Positions 8,302-16,831 of a DNA stretch of 20,104 nucleotides are shown here, in pieces. A program made the translations under genes and the position numbers. The stretch spans positions 1 through 20,104 of the forward strand of contig JAKFUT010000352.1 in assembly GCA_021732565.1 (NCBI GenBank), written 5' to 3'. The notes beneath the pieces are model-generated. The model was not told the origin of the DNA. It did no database searches and saw only the letters and a program-made list of their open reading frames with translations. How positions within the stretch are numbered: position 1 is the stretch's first letter; each line of letters starts with the position of its first letter. Source of the stretch: Candidatus Obscuribacterales bacterium. Lineage in GTDB: Bacteria > Cyanobacteriota > Vampirovibrionia > Obscuribacterales > Obscuribacteraceae.

Positions 8302-10356
8302 ATGCTCAGCTGGCGGGGTGGAAGATTTGCATCAGCGGTGATACGTAGAACTCCCAATGACTTAGGTTCCGCCCGAGCGTATAGTTCTCTCTTCTATAAT
8401 GTCCTCCGGGTGGATATTTTGAGAGACCAATCGCCCCTTGTTCATGTGAGCGATGTATTGGCATCAGCAAATGCACCAAATGAGAATTTGTTGTGTCAGT
8501 TTGCACGAGCGGCATGTTATTCCGCAATACAGGAGCCGCTGCTGGGTGTCACTCAACTTCTGGATCATATCCCCGGTGTGAAGCTGGAGGGAAGCGTAAA
8601 GTTTATAGAGGAACCTGCGGCGGCGCCGTTCGGTTCCCGAACCTGGCATGCTCAAACCGTGGGTTCAGCTCTGGGAAAACTTCTTCCGTTTCTGGCCACA
8701 GCTGTATGCGTAAAAGGAGCCATGCACAGGCTCGAAGCTGAAGCTGCGCTTCTATCAAAACAAAGTAGTATTGGTCTTAGCTTAAGAGAAGCTGCGTGTA
8801 CAGGGTTTGTTGCTGATGCGCTTTTTAAACCCACTGCTAAGCAAGATGATTGGGTCTATCAGCGCTTGGGAAACGGTTCGGTAGGTGCTGTCACATTCAG
8901 TGCCATGACCGCAGGCAGCCTCGGGTTGGATCAATTGGCGAAAGCAAAAACTGTGAGCAAGATCGGCGTCAGCGCAGTTCTTAGCAATCCGATATTTAGC
9001 GGTATTGTAAGCGCTCTTCCTGCAGGATTGGCGGGCGCCGAGTTTGAGGCACTGCAGAGTCACGGCAGACTGGCCACCCGGCGGGAGGTTTTGCAATCGA
9101 TGTACTCCACTGCAGTAATTGGCGGAGTGCTTGGTCCTGTGAACCACTATGGTGGCAAAGTGAGCGCAAAGTTATTTGCTGCCAACGGGCGAGCAAGGGA
9201 GGCGCCGAAGTCGGTTTGTGGAGAGCCTGAAGCCCTTAATCCGTCACGGTCTCTGTCCGCCACAGGCGAGACCGGGGCTTTGGTTCCTGCGACAGGCCGG
9301 GCACCGTTCGCGGTGCAGCCGGCTTGCATTAGCGCCAGTGCTGGACGAGTTGAGCCGATGCAGCTGAAACCGGCGGAAGGAAAAACCGCAAGAATTGATA
9401 TGTCAACTTTGACTGAGGTCCAACAAATTGTGACGGGAAAGGAGTGGTCTCAATTGCGGACCGATCAACAACAAGTCATAACAGCAGCCATCGATACGGT
9501 CTTCATTCGCGTCAAAGAGAGTGGCTTAGATGCACCGGCCTTCTTTGCTCGGGATTTTGATACAAGAGAATTCTTGCGGGCACGAAATCATTTAATCAAA
9601 CATTGCGAGGCACAAGAAGGTGTTTCGGTGGCGAGCCTGGATCATTCTGCTGCCGCGCTCACCGCCATGTTTGGCAAGAGTTGGAAGACCTGGCTCGACC
9701 GAATGGAATCAGTAGGCGTGGAAAGAATGGACGCCGCGTCATGTTTGCCGCTTCGCTCACGCGAACAGCGTGTCGGGTTAGCGGAGTTGTTACTTGAGAA
9801 TGCGACACCGGCTCGTACTAGCGAGAGAAACCTCGATCAAAGTGATGTTGTCTCTTTGGTCACTACTGTTGCAAGCAAATGGCAAAATGCCAAACCGGAG
9901 TATTTGAATTTGCCCCTGGATGAACTGGCTTTCCGTCTGACGGAGGGGATGTCGCGCGCTGAATTCCGTCCACGACGCGACTCTCTGTCGCAGACTCGCT
10001 TGACACCTCGTTCTGCCGATGCACAAGGCGTGGCCTCAGGTGAATTTGTGGTCTTCACTGAGAATACCTCTAATGCAGGTTCTTTGTGCTTTCAATGTGA
10101 GGGTCCGCGTGCACATATTTCTTTGCTCGCAGTTGAGCCAGCGTATCGTCGGTTGGGATATGGACAATTGCTGATCAGAGAAGTCGAGTTCCAAGTGTCT
10201 CCGCGCGCGAATGAGATAACATTAGATGTTGCGGCAAAGAACACGCCAGCGGTAAACCTTTATACCGCGACGGGATTTGTGCCTGACGCGAGGCTTTTTA
10301 ATAATCCTTCGGTACTGAGTCTTTCCATGGCGATTGCTTCGAGCCCGCCCCGATAG
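8302..10356 (+). CDS. Large hypothetical protein (684 aa) with C-terminal GNAT N-acetyltransferase domain
   Basis: The reading frame is unbroken for 684 aa. The last ~120 aa contain GNAT motif A (RRLGYGQLLI; Q/R-x-x-G-x-G) with flanking beta-strand hydrophobics and NLYTATGF. The N-terminal ~550 aa are A/G/S-rich with hydrophobic stretches and show no motif I recognise. The start is uncertain because the SD is weak. Confidence 0.75.
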   Translation: MLSWRGGRFASAVIRRTPNDLGSARAYSSLFYNVLRVDILRDQSPLVHVSDVLASANAPNENLLCQFARAACYSAIQEPLLGVTQLLDHIPGVKLEGSVKFIEEPAAAPFGSRTWHAQTVGSALGKLLPFLATAVCVKGAMHRLEAEAALLSKQSSIGLSLREAACTGFVADALFKPTAKQDDWVYQRLGNGSVGAVTFSAMTAGSLGLDQLAKAKTVSKIGVSAVLSNPIFSGIVSALPAGLAGAEFEALQSHGRLATRREVLQSMYSTAVIGGVLGPVNHYGGKVSAKLFAANGRAREAPKSVCGEPEALNPSRSLSATGETGALVPATGRAPFAVQPACISASAGRVEPMQLKPAEGKTARIDMSTLTEVQQIVTGKEWSQLRTDQQQVITAAIDTVFIRVKESGLDAPAFFARDFDTREFLRARNHLIKHCEAQEGVSVASLDHSAAALTAMFGKSWKTWLDRMESVGVERMDAASCLPLRSREQRVGLAELLLENATPARTSERNLDQSDVVSLVTTVASKWQNAKPEYLNLPLDELAFRLTEGMSRAEFRPRRDSLSQTRLTPRSADAQGVASGEFVVFTENTSNAGSLCFQCEGPRAHISLLAVEPAYRRLGYGQLLIREVEFQVSPRANEITLDVAAKNTPAVNLYTATGFVPDARLFNNPSVLSLSMAIASSPPR

Positions 10357-10440
10357 GGTTACTGCCTACGCACGGTGTCGCCCACGGATAATGCCAACCG
10401 AGGATAAGTTGTTGCTCTTTTGGATAAAAGGGTCCTGAAA

Positions 10441-10866
10441 ATGACAGATTTACTCGCCGCTGCTTGCTATAAATGTACTGAAAAGATCAAGAAGCAATCG
10501 ATTCAGTGTTGTTGCATTGTTGCAGCCTTGGCACTTGCGTGCTGCTTGTTTCCAGGAAAATTTACTGACGGCGTACTCTTGTTTGCGGGACCGGATGAAA
10601 GAGGCACAAATGTCCGACTAAGCTGGCATAATTTCAATCTCGGCGCAAAACGTACCGAAGGCGTTATTTGGATTAAGTGTCGGATTTCGGAAAATCAAGA
10701 CATCACTAAAGTGATTACGGTTTATGGCAATCTGTACCCCTTAGGTGGACACGAGGGGGAGTGCCATCCAGAGCGTGACGGAATCCGGGGAACTATCGTC
10801 AAAGTAAAGCTCTTGGATTTGGAGGTCGAACCACAGAAGGGCATGTATGGTGGTAATTCATTTTGA
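10441..10866 (+). CDS. Small Cys-rich hypothetical protein with N-terminal hydrophobic segment
   Basis: I preferred the ATG at 10441, preceded by AAAAGGG, over the TTG at 10420. The N-terminus (CYKCTEKIKKQSIQCCCIVAALALACCLFPG) suggests a signal or membrane anchor. The gene lies 85 nt downstream of the GNAT-fusion gene on the same strand. Confidence 0.5.
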   Translation: MTDLLAAACYKCTEKIKKQSIQCCCIVAALALACCLFPGKFTDGVLLFAGPDERGTNVRLSWHNFNLGAKRTEGVIWIKCRISENQDITKVITVYGNLYPLGGHEGECHPERDGIRGTIVKVKLLDLEVEPQKGMYGGNSF

Positions 10867-11029
10867 GAAGAATTAGGGTCTACGGTGAAAGTGTTCCCCC
10901 GCGAGTTCTGTGACTGATACTACTGATTATGCCAAGCGTCGCATAATCAACACTTTGCTCGCGTGCGTGCGTGCGTGTTGCCGGATTATGCGAAGTGAGG
11001 GCGGAGATCTTACTAAGGAAAGGGGTCGC

Positions 11030-11710
11030 TCAGCTATCCGGCCTGTGCTTGAACACATATCCTGCACCATGTATGTTTTGAATGTATTCTGCATCGGGAT
11101 CAAGCTTTCGTCGCAATCTCTTCAGGGTGCTTCGTAAGGCTTCCTCCGTCGAGTCGGACTCATCAGGCCATACGTGAGATAGCAACACGGGAATCGAAAG
11201 AACTTCGTTTGAATGCCTCATGAAAAATTCCAGCAGCTGTAGCTCTTTGGGCAGAAGATTAACAGCTGCTCCGCGGCGACTCACCGTGCGAGACCTGGGT
11301 TCCAGAATAATGTCACCCTCTACGATGGCATTATCCGGTATCACCGAACCAGGGCGTCTGAGCAGGGCTCGCACCCTGGCGGCCAATTCCCTGGCATCAA
11401 ATGGTTTAACTAAATAGTCGTCGGCACCGGAATCGAGCCCAACCTCTTTTTGCTCAATAGTCGACTGTCCCGTCAGCATCAGCACCGGCAACCGACCACC
11501 CGTTGCACGGTACGTTCTCAAAACATCAATTCCGGTAGTGTCAGGCAAAACCCAGTCGAGAACAATAAGATCAAAATCGAAGTGGTTCAATTGGAAAGCT
11601 GCATCACTGCCACTCTCGCACACCTGCACAACGTGGTGTTCCATTTCCAGACACTTCTTTATGCTGGCAAGCATTTGAGAATTGTCTTCGACAACAAGAA
11701 TTTTTGCCAC
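11030..11710 (-). CDS. OmpR/PhoB-family response regulator (REC + winged-helix)
   Basis: The REC domain shows ILVVEDN...DLIVLDWVLPD...LMLTG...DDYLVKPF. The C-terminal winged helix shows LLPKELQLLEFFMRHSNEVLS...GAGYVFK. It uses a GTG start preceded by GGAGCAGGAG. Confidence 0.9.
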   Translation of the reverse strand: MAKILVVEDNSQMLASIKKCLEMEHHVVQVCESGSDAAFQLNHFDFDLIVLDWVLPDTTGIDVLRTYRATGGRLPVLMLTGQSTIEQKEVGLDSGADDYLVKPFDARELAARVRALLRRPGSVIPDNAIVEGDIILEPRSRTVSRRGAAVNLLPKELQLLEFFMRHSNEVLSIPVLLSHVWPDESDSTEEALRSTLKRLRRKLDPDAEYIQNIHGAGYVFKHRPDS

Positions 11711-11853
11711 CGCACTCCTGCTCCAGTCACACGAGCGTGTATTATATTACATCTTGACTGGGGGGCATGCACAACGCTGGTCTGCGCCGGCAGGATCACC
11801 CGTGAAAGATTGTGTCATTAGTTCGCGTCAACAACTCGATTGGTGATTACAAG

Positions 11854-13134
11854 TCACAGCGCGTCCTTATGCCTCTGGTAATTTTTTACCATAGCCCCTA
11901 CTTCTCGAGACAATTTCTCTAATTCTTTAAAATGCGGACGATTATCGGCATAAATCCTGAGGGTCCACTTTACGTCAGTCGGATCAAGTTCTTTGTGAGC
12001 GCGCAGCAGTTCCATCAGCGGAAAGAGGAACAGGGAAGACAGTTGTTCCAGACCAGAAGTTTTTCCGCTAACATCCGCTGGAGCATTACTTAAGCATTCG
12101 TAAACACCGACGTTCAGTACCTGTAAGACGACAGCCGGGCTAAACTCGGCCTTGCTCTCGACCAGGACCTGGTTAATGAGCCGTTTCGACTCATCTGTTT
12201 GTCCTAGCGAAAAAAGTCGCACTGCAGCCTGAACCTTGGCAGTCGCTGCTTGTAGAGAGCTCTGCGAATTAGCCACTTGAATGGCCTCACGAGAGCGGGA
12301 AAGCGCCTCGTCCAATTTCCCCGCAGCTTTGCAGTCCCTGGCCAGTTCGTTAATCAAGCCAGGGGTATTCTTGTTTCTTAGAAAATTCGGGCTAGTTTTT
12401 CGACTTTCATACAGCTTGCGCACAACCGGTTCGTCCTCTGTAAACATACCATTAGCGGATAGCACACTATGCCAGTCCTGGTAATCGTTCATCAGCTCCC
12501 CATTTACGTCGGGAAGAAATCTGGACTTTATACCAATTGCACGAGACACATTCGGTAGAACATATCGCAATTTACCCTGCAGAGTCGAACTGCTAATACC
12601 AAGGTTGATCAGTCTATTCAAGCTTGGTAGCAAGAATGGGTCACTGTCTCCATATAACTTCTCGGCGATAGTCAACGCATGGCAGTACTGCTTTCCCGCC
12701 TCGCTTTCTTCATTGCGCGCGAAATAAAGATCGCCCAAACACAAATGACAGTTCAACTGAAGGCTCGCGCCCTCCGAATCGTTGCTGGCAGGCGACCCTT
12801 GCGCCATGGAGATTGCCCTCTTGTACAGTTGCTCAGCAAGAGTAAGATCGTTTCCCCTGTGTGCCTTCATAGCTTGCTGAACCAGTGCATTCTCCGCATC
12901 GTAGTTGCCAGCCAAACAGGCGTCCGGGGAACAGACCGCCCAGACTTGAATTACTGAAATGAGAAGACTCAGTCCGCCAGCCTTAAAGACCTGGGTCCTA
13001 CTGGACCACAGTCCGCCGAATTTCCAAGAAGATAAATTCACGAACATGTTAACGAGCCTAACCCTGAAATGTTTTCCCTGGCAATGGAGAGTGTAGATTC
13101 TAAAGTCATGAATTCGCATTCCTCCATGTAGCAA
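11854..13134 (-). CDS. TPR-like repeat protein, possibly secreted or membrane-anchored; start uncertain
   Basis: TPR-like helical repeats include LYKRAISMAQG, LGDLYFARNEESEAGKQYCHALTIAEKLYG and EALSRSREAIQVAN. An N-proximal hydrophobic segment reads GLSLLISVIQVWAV. The track start is a TTG; internal ATGs at about 13119 and about 13062 are alternative starts. Confidence 0.7.
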   Translation of the reverse strand: MLHGGMRIHDFRIYTLHCQGKHFRVRLVNMFVNLSSWKFGGLWSSRTQVFKAGGLSLLISVIQVWAVCSPDACLAGNYDAENALVQQAMKAHRGNDLTLAEQLYKRAISMAQGSPASNDSEGASLQLNCHLCLGDLYFARNEESEAGKQYCHALTIAEKLYGDSDPFLLPSLNRLINLGISSSTLQGKLRYVLPNVSRAIGIKSRFLPDVNGELMNDYQDWHSVLSANGMFTEDEPVVRKLYESRKTSPNFLRNKNTPGLINELARDCKAAGKLDEALSRSREAIQVANSQSSLQAATAKVQAAVRLFSLGQTDESKRLINQVLVESKAEFSPAVVLQVLNVGVYECLSNAPADVSGKTSGLEQLSSLFLFPLMELLRAHKELDPTDVKWTLRIYADNRPHFKELEKLSREVGAMVKNYQRHKDAL

Positions 13135-13318
13135 GCCCTTTATTCCTTTGACTGTCGGCTGAACATCGTCGATGAAGGGCGAGTGTCAACACTCCGTTGA
13201 ATATTCCCTCAATATACAGGGGCAAACTATTGTGAGAACTGCCCGAGACTTGGTGGCCCCTATCGTCTTATAGAAGCTGCCCCGGAGTTGGAAAATTCAG
13301 TTCTGTTGCGCGCCAGGT

Positions 13319-15280
13319 TTGAGGCGCAATAAGCAAGGGCACTTCCTAAAGGTAAAGAAGGTCGATTGTCCTTCTTCAAAGAAGTCGATTTGTTTCGTTA
13401 ACGAAAAGGCGCCTGTGACTTTAACTCTCTGGCAGAAGGCACTTGTACTTATCGGTGTACCTCTTTTATTTGAGTACACGTTCGTCATTGGCTTGCTCTC
13501 GGCGCTGGAGAATTCAGCGCGGACAACGTCAAACGAAAGAGAAGAACGGCGCGTACTGGGCACTGTGCTGAACTTAGGTGAAGGAGTGATAAGTTGCGGC
13601 AAAGCATTGGCTCTGTACCTGATGGCAGACTCAGAGGAAGCACTGGCCTCTTACGAGAAAAACCTTTCACACACCCGGGAGGAACTGTCTCGCCTGAGCA
13701 GATTATTAAAAACTCGCCGCTACAGCAACGACAAAATACAGTCGCTCTCCGATCGGTCGCGTTTGTGCATGTCGTACCTCAGGGAAACCAAAAGACTGTG
13801 CGACATTGGCGATCGCAATGCCGCACTGGAGTATCTCAAACGAATGCGCTATCTTGCACCACTGCTAGAAAGCGATCTTGATGATCTGACCATTACCATC
13901 AGACGCAAGAATACCGAGATCGACGATCAAAAGACACTGCAATTCACAAAAATAGCTCTTCTGCTCGGTCTGACGGGCAGTACTTTAATCGCGCTCGGGC
14001 TGGTCGCTTTCTTTCATCGGGGCACAAGCGGCAGGCTGAGCGTCTTAATTGAGAACACCCGCAAAATGGAGAAAGGAGAACGGCTGAATCCATTGATGGA
14101 CGGTAAGGATGAAATTTCAGAATTAGACAGTGTTTTCCATCGGATGGCCGATTCAGTAAACGAGGCTACAGGAAAATTGCGGCGAAGCGAATCGCAAATT
14201 CGCACAATAATCGAGAATCTGCCCGTTGGCGTGATCACCTGCCATGAAGACGGGACAATTTCTTCGCTCAATCCACGGGCAAGTCGGATGTTCGTTCCAG
14301 AAGGACAAAATCTAATAGGAGCAAAGTTCGTTACTTTGATAAAGTCCGGAAATGCGGCCACGCCGGAATTCTTCCAGAATGAGGTCATCGGCCGCTGCCT
14401 TGAGCAAAGCAAGGAATTCAAGTCACGAAATGCCGCTGGTACAGATTTACCTGTAGAGATATCGGCTAGCAACCTTGTTACACTAGACGAAAGGGGCTTC
14501 CTCATTCAAGTGGCAGACTTAACTGAACGCTACAAGATTGAACGCACCAAGCAAGAATTCATCGCCATGGTCAGCCATGACTTGCGTACTCCATTGACGT
14601 CAGTAAGGTTGAGCTTGCAACTGATGCTCTCCGGTGGCTACGGCGACTTCAGTGAAGAATTGCATGCAAAACTTGTGCAGGGAGAGCACACGTTATCAAA
14701 CATGATCCGACTGATTAATGACCTCTTGGACGTGCAAAAACAGCAGTCTGGCAAATTTGATATCGAAATGGAAGTATGTGATCTTCTTGAGCTATTCGAA
14801 ATGTCGACCAACTCAGTTGAGAGTTTAGGACAAAAGCACAACGTAAGGATAAGAATACAACCTATCAACATTGATGTTCTGGCAGACCCGAGTCGTATCG
14901 TTCAGGTTATTGTCAATCTACTGGCAAATGCCATTAAGTTTTCACCGCAAGACTCTACTGTGACTATCCGCGCGGTGCTCCTTCCACCGTCCGCAACTGA
15001 TGAGGAGGACCAACCCGACGCCGGGTCCCAACCGCTTTTTGTAGAAGTGCAAGTAAGAGATGAAGGATGCGGGATACCTGCAGACAAACTGAATATAGTC
15101 TTTGAGCGATTCGAGCAACTAGATCAGGCGAACACTATGAAAGCCGCTGGCACCGGACTTGGTCTGGCGATATGTAAATCAATCGTTGAGGAGCATGGCG
15201 GCCTGATTGGAGTCAGAAGCACACTGGGAGCGGGCAGCACCTTCTGGTTCCGATTACAAGTTGCCCCCGATTGGTTGTAG
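13319..15280 (+). CDS. Sensor histidine kinase: two TM helices flanking a ~140-aa extracytoplasmic sensor, followed by PAS, HisKA and HATPase_c
   Basis: TM1 is LVLIGVPLLFEYTFVIGLL and TM2 is IALLLGLTGSTLIALGLVAFF. The PAS domain is marked by IRTIIENLPVGVITCHEDGTISSLNPRASRMF. The H-box is FIAMVSHDLRTPLTSV. The HATPase domain shows LLANAIKFSP, DEGCGIP, GTGLGLAICKSIVEEHGG and GAGSTFWF. The track start is a TTG; a GTG at about 13409, preceded by AAGG, is an alternative start. Confidence 0.9.
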   Translation: MRRNKQGHFLKVKKVDCPSSKKSICFVNEKAPVTLTLWQKALVLIGVPLLFEYTFVIGLLSALENSARTTSNEREERRVLGTVLNLGEGVISCGKALALYLMADSEEALASYEKNLSHTREELSRLSRLLKTRRYSNDKIQSLSDRSRLCMSYLRETKRLCDIGDRNAALEYLKRMRYLAPLLESDLDDLTITIRRKNTEIDDQKTLQFTKIALLLGLTGSTLIALGLVAFFHRGTSGRLSVLIENTRKMEKGERLNPLMDGKDEISELDSVFHRMADSVNEATGKLRRSESQIRTIIENLPVGVITCHEDGTISSLNPRASRMFVPEGQNLIGAKFVTLIKSGNAATPEFFQNEVIGRCLEQSKEFKSRNAAGTDLPVEISASNLVTLDERGFLIQVADLTERYKIERTKQEFIAMVSHDLRTPLTSVRLSLQLMLSGGYGDFSEELHAKLVQGEHTLSNMIRLINDLLDVQKQQSGKFDIEMEVCDLLELFEMSTNSVESLGQKHNVRIRIQPINIDVLADPSRIVQVIVNLLANAIKFSPQDSTVTIRAVLLPPSATDEEDQPDAGSQPLFVEVQVRDEGCGIPADKLNIVFERFEQLDQANTMKAAGTGLGLAICKSIVEEHGGLIGVRSTLGAGSTFWFRLQVAPDWL

Positions 15281-15337
15281 CAAGCCTCCGTCGACATTTG
15301 TTGAAAGGATACACACCGGCGGCGGCAATTGAGACAA

Positions 15338-15988
15338 TCACGAGGCAGAACGCGTCAACTGCGCACCAATTCTGCGCCGCCGAGCCATTAATCCAATTGC
15401 GTCTTCCTTTCGTTGCAGAATAGCTAGTAAATCGATAAGAGTGTTGAGGGTGTCCAGTAGCCCTTCGAGGTTTCCTTCATCAGAATCGGAGGCGACGAGT
15501 TCCTGCATTGTGCTCAACGCGACAATCAAGTTTATTTCAGCTTCCTGGTAACGTCCTTGCGCCATTTGCACCTGTGCAAGATGAGTCAGCATGGCTGCTG
15601 TCTTTCGGGGATCGTCAAGAGGGCGATTGGCGGACACAATTGAAAGCGCCTTGCTGATCGCGTTCTCAGCTTCGCTCATCTTGTTCTGGCCAGCCATCGC
15701 GTACGACAGCCCGTTAAGAGTGGCTACTACTCGAATGTCATTTCGTCCAAACCGGGTTAGGCATATCATCAGCAATTCCCTATAGAATTTCTCGGCTCTT
15801 TTAAACTTTCGTTGGCAAAGATAAACTTGCGCCAGTTCATACAGACACTTGCAGTAGCGCGATGAATCACCACCGTCTTGCTGGCTTGATCGAGCGAGTT
15901 CGCGCAGGATATCAGTTTCTTGACTATCCAATTCTAACTCGTAGTCCTGGTCAGCCAATTCTAATTGAGGCAACTTGGTCATCTGCAT
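15338..15988 (-). CDS. TPR-repeat protein (about 216 aa)
   Basis: TPR-like repeats include YCKCLYELAQVYLCQRKFKRAEKFYRELL, ATLNGLSYAMAGQNKMSEAENAISKAL and LTHLAQVQMAQGRYQEAEINL. I chose the ATG at 15988 (MQMTK), preceded by GGAGGAAATA, over the GTG at 16000. It starts about 20 nt after the stop of the upstream small ORF. Confidence 0.75.
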   Translation of the reverse strand: MQMTKLPQLELADQDYELELDSQETDILRELARSSQQDGGDSSRYCKCLYELAQVYLCQRKFKRAEKFYRELLMICLTRFGRNDIRVVATLNGLSYAMAGQNKMSEAENAISKALSIVSANRPLDDPRKTAAMLTHLAQVQMAQGRYQEAEINLIVALSTMQELVASDSDEGNLEGLLDTLNTLIDLLAILQRKEDAIGLMARRRRIGAQLTRSAS

Positions 15989-16009
15989 TATTTCCTCCAC
16001 TGTCAGGCT

Positions 16010-16360
16010 CTAAAAAAGGGGGAGTTTACCCTGGGAATTCCGGTAGGCATTTTCCGTACGTCGGCGGCTCGTTTCATCCCAAGACCTCTGTTCGGGGCTC
16101 TCGAATACAGTGGAATTGAAAAGTCTGCCGTCGTTTAGCCGAATATTGTTCATTCGATCCTGATAAATGAAGGAATTGGTACCTTCACTAATTCTTCTAA
16201 CGAGCGAGTTGAATTCTTGCGTGTCAAGCTGCTGGCGCGCGTCCCTCAATGTATCGCGTAATCCCTGAACATCACCGTTCCACTGTCTGCCGTTGTCACC
16301 GGAATTGAAGAAACGATCACCTATTGTGTTGTTCCAGTTGTTCACATCTTGATCTGACAT
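16010..16360 (-). CDS. Small hydrophilic N/D/R-rich hypothetical protein (about 116 aa), first gene of a two-gene operon with the TPR gene
   Basis: I chose the ATG at 16360 (MSDQD...) because it has a strong SD (GGAGGTGCAT). The product has no TM segment and no motif I recognise. It is tightly coupled to the downstream TPR gene. Confidence 0.55.
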   Translation of the reverse strand: MSDQDVNNWNNTIGDRFFNSGDNGRQWNGDVQGLRDTLRDARQQLDTQEFNSLVRRISEGTNSFIYQDRMNNIRLNDGRLFNSTVFESPEQRSWDETSRRRTENAYRNSQGKLPLF

Positions 16361-16708
16361 ATGCACCTCCAACACCGATTCCTGCTAATCGGGCTCCGAG
16401 AACCCATGAGAAGAACAATATCGTGCTTGTAAGGCAAACTTGGGTCATAGAACCTCAATATCCAAGGAGGCTCCTCAACCATCCCAGATGTGCCAGACCA
16501 ATTCTGAAGCGGATTGATTCTGGTAGTTCGATTTCAATCGTTACCGGGCGCGATGAAATCCGTTCGATTAGGCAACCGTATTCAGGTCGAGGGAAGCCGA
16601 TACATTCATCTGGGAAGAGATAGAAGATCTACGCTTTCCAATTCGCCACAAAAAATCTCAAGCAAATCCCTATTGATCGACATATTTAATGCCCTCCTCA
16701 TGCTACCT

Positions 16709-16740
16709 TATGCACGAATACAAAATATTCCGTGTGCATA
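16709..16740. promoter_or_regulatory. Imperfect nested palindrome (TATGCACGAATA-caaaa-TATTCcGTGtGCATA) in the MVP upstream region
   Basis: The outer arms TATGCAC (16709-16715) and GTGCATA (16734-16740) are inverted repeats. A nested pair GAATA/TATTC flanks an A-rich centre. The element lies about 100 nt upstream of the MVP start. Confidence 0.3.
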
Positions 16741-16831
16741 TCCCCCCGCGGGCGACGGTGCAACGGACAGACCGGCCGCACACAGGGCCGGCAACAGCAT
16801 CTCGTCATCGCATCGGCAAGGAGAGCAAGTT

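Noticed and set aside
10961-10977. (GCGT)4 microsatellite-like run
   Set aside because: It is short, isolated and lies in a non-coding spacer. It has no flanking repeats and is not a CRISPR or a mobile-element end.
16324-16623. 99-aa plus-strand ORF in the divergent intergenic region
   Set aside because: It overlaps the start of the minus-strand small protein gene and its SD, has no RBS and has a Pro/Arg-rich composition typical of out-of-frame translation.
16514-16831. N-terminal 106-aa extension of the MVP ORF as listed in the track (MILVVRFQSLPG...)
   Set aside because: Homology to the MVP N-terminus begins a few residues after the internal ATG at 16832, which has a strong AAGGAG SD. The extension has no SD, overlaps the divergent promoter region and adds nothing that aligns to MVP.
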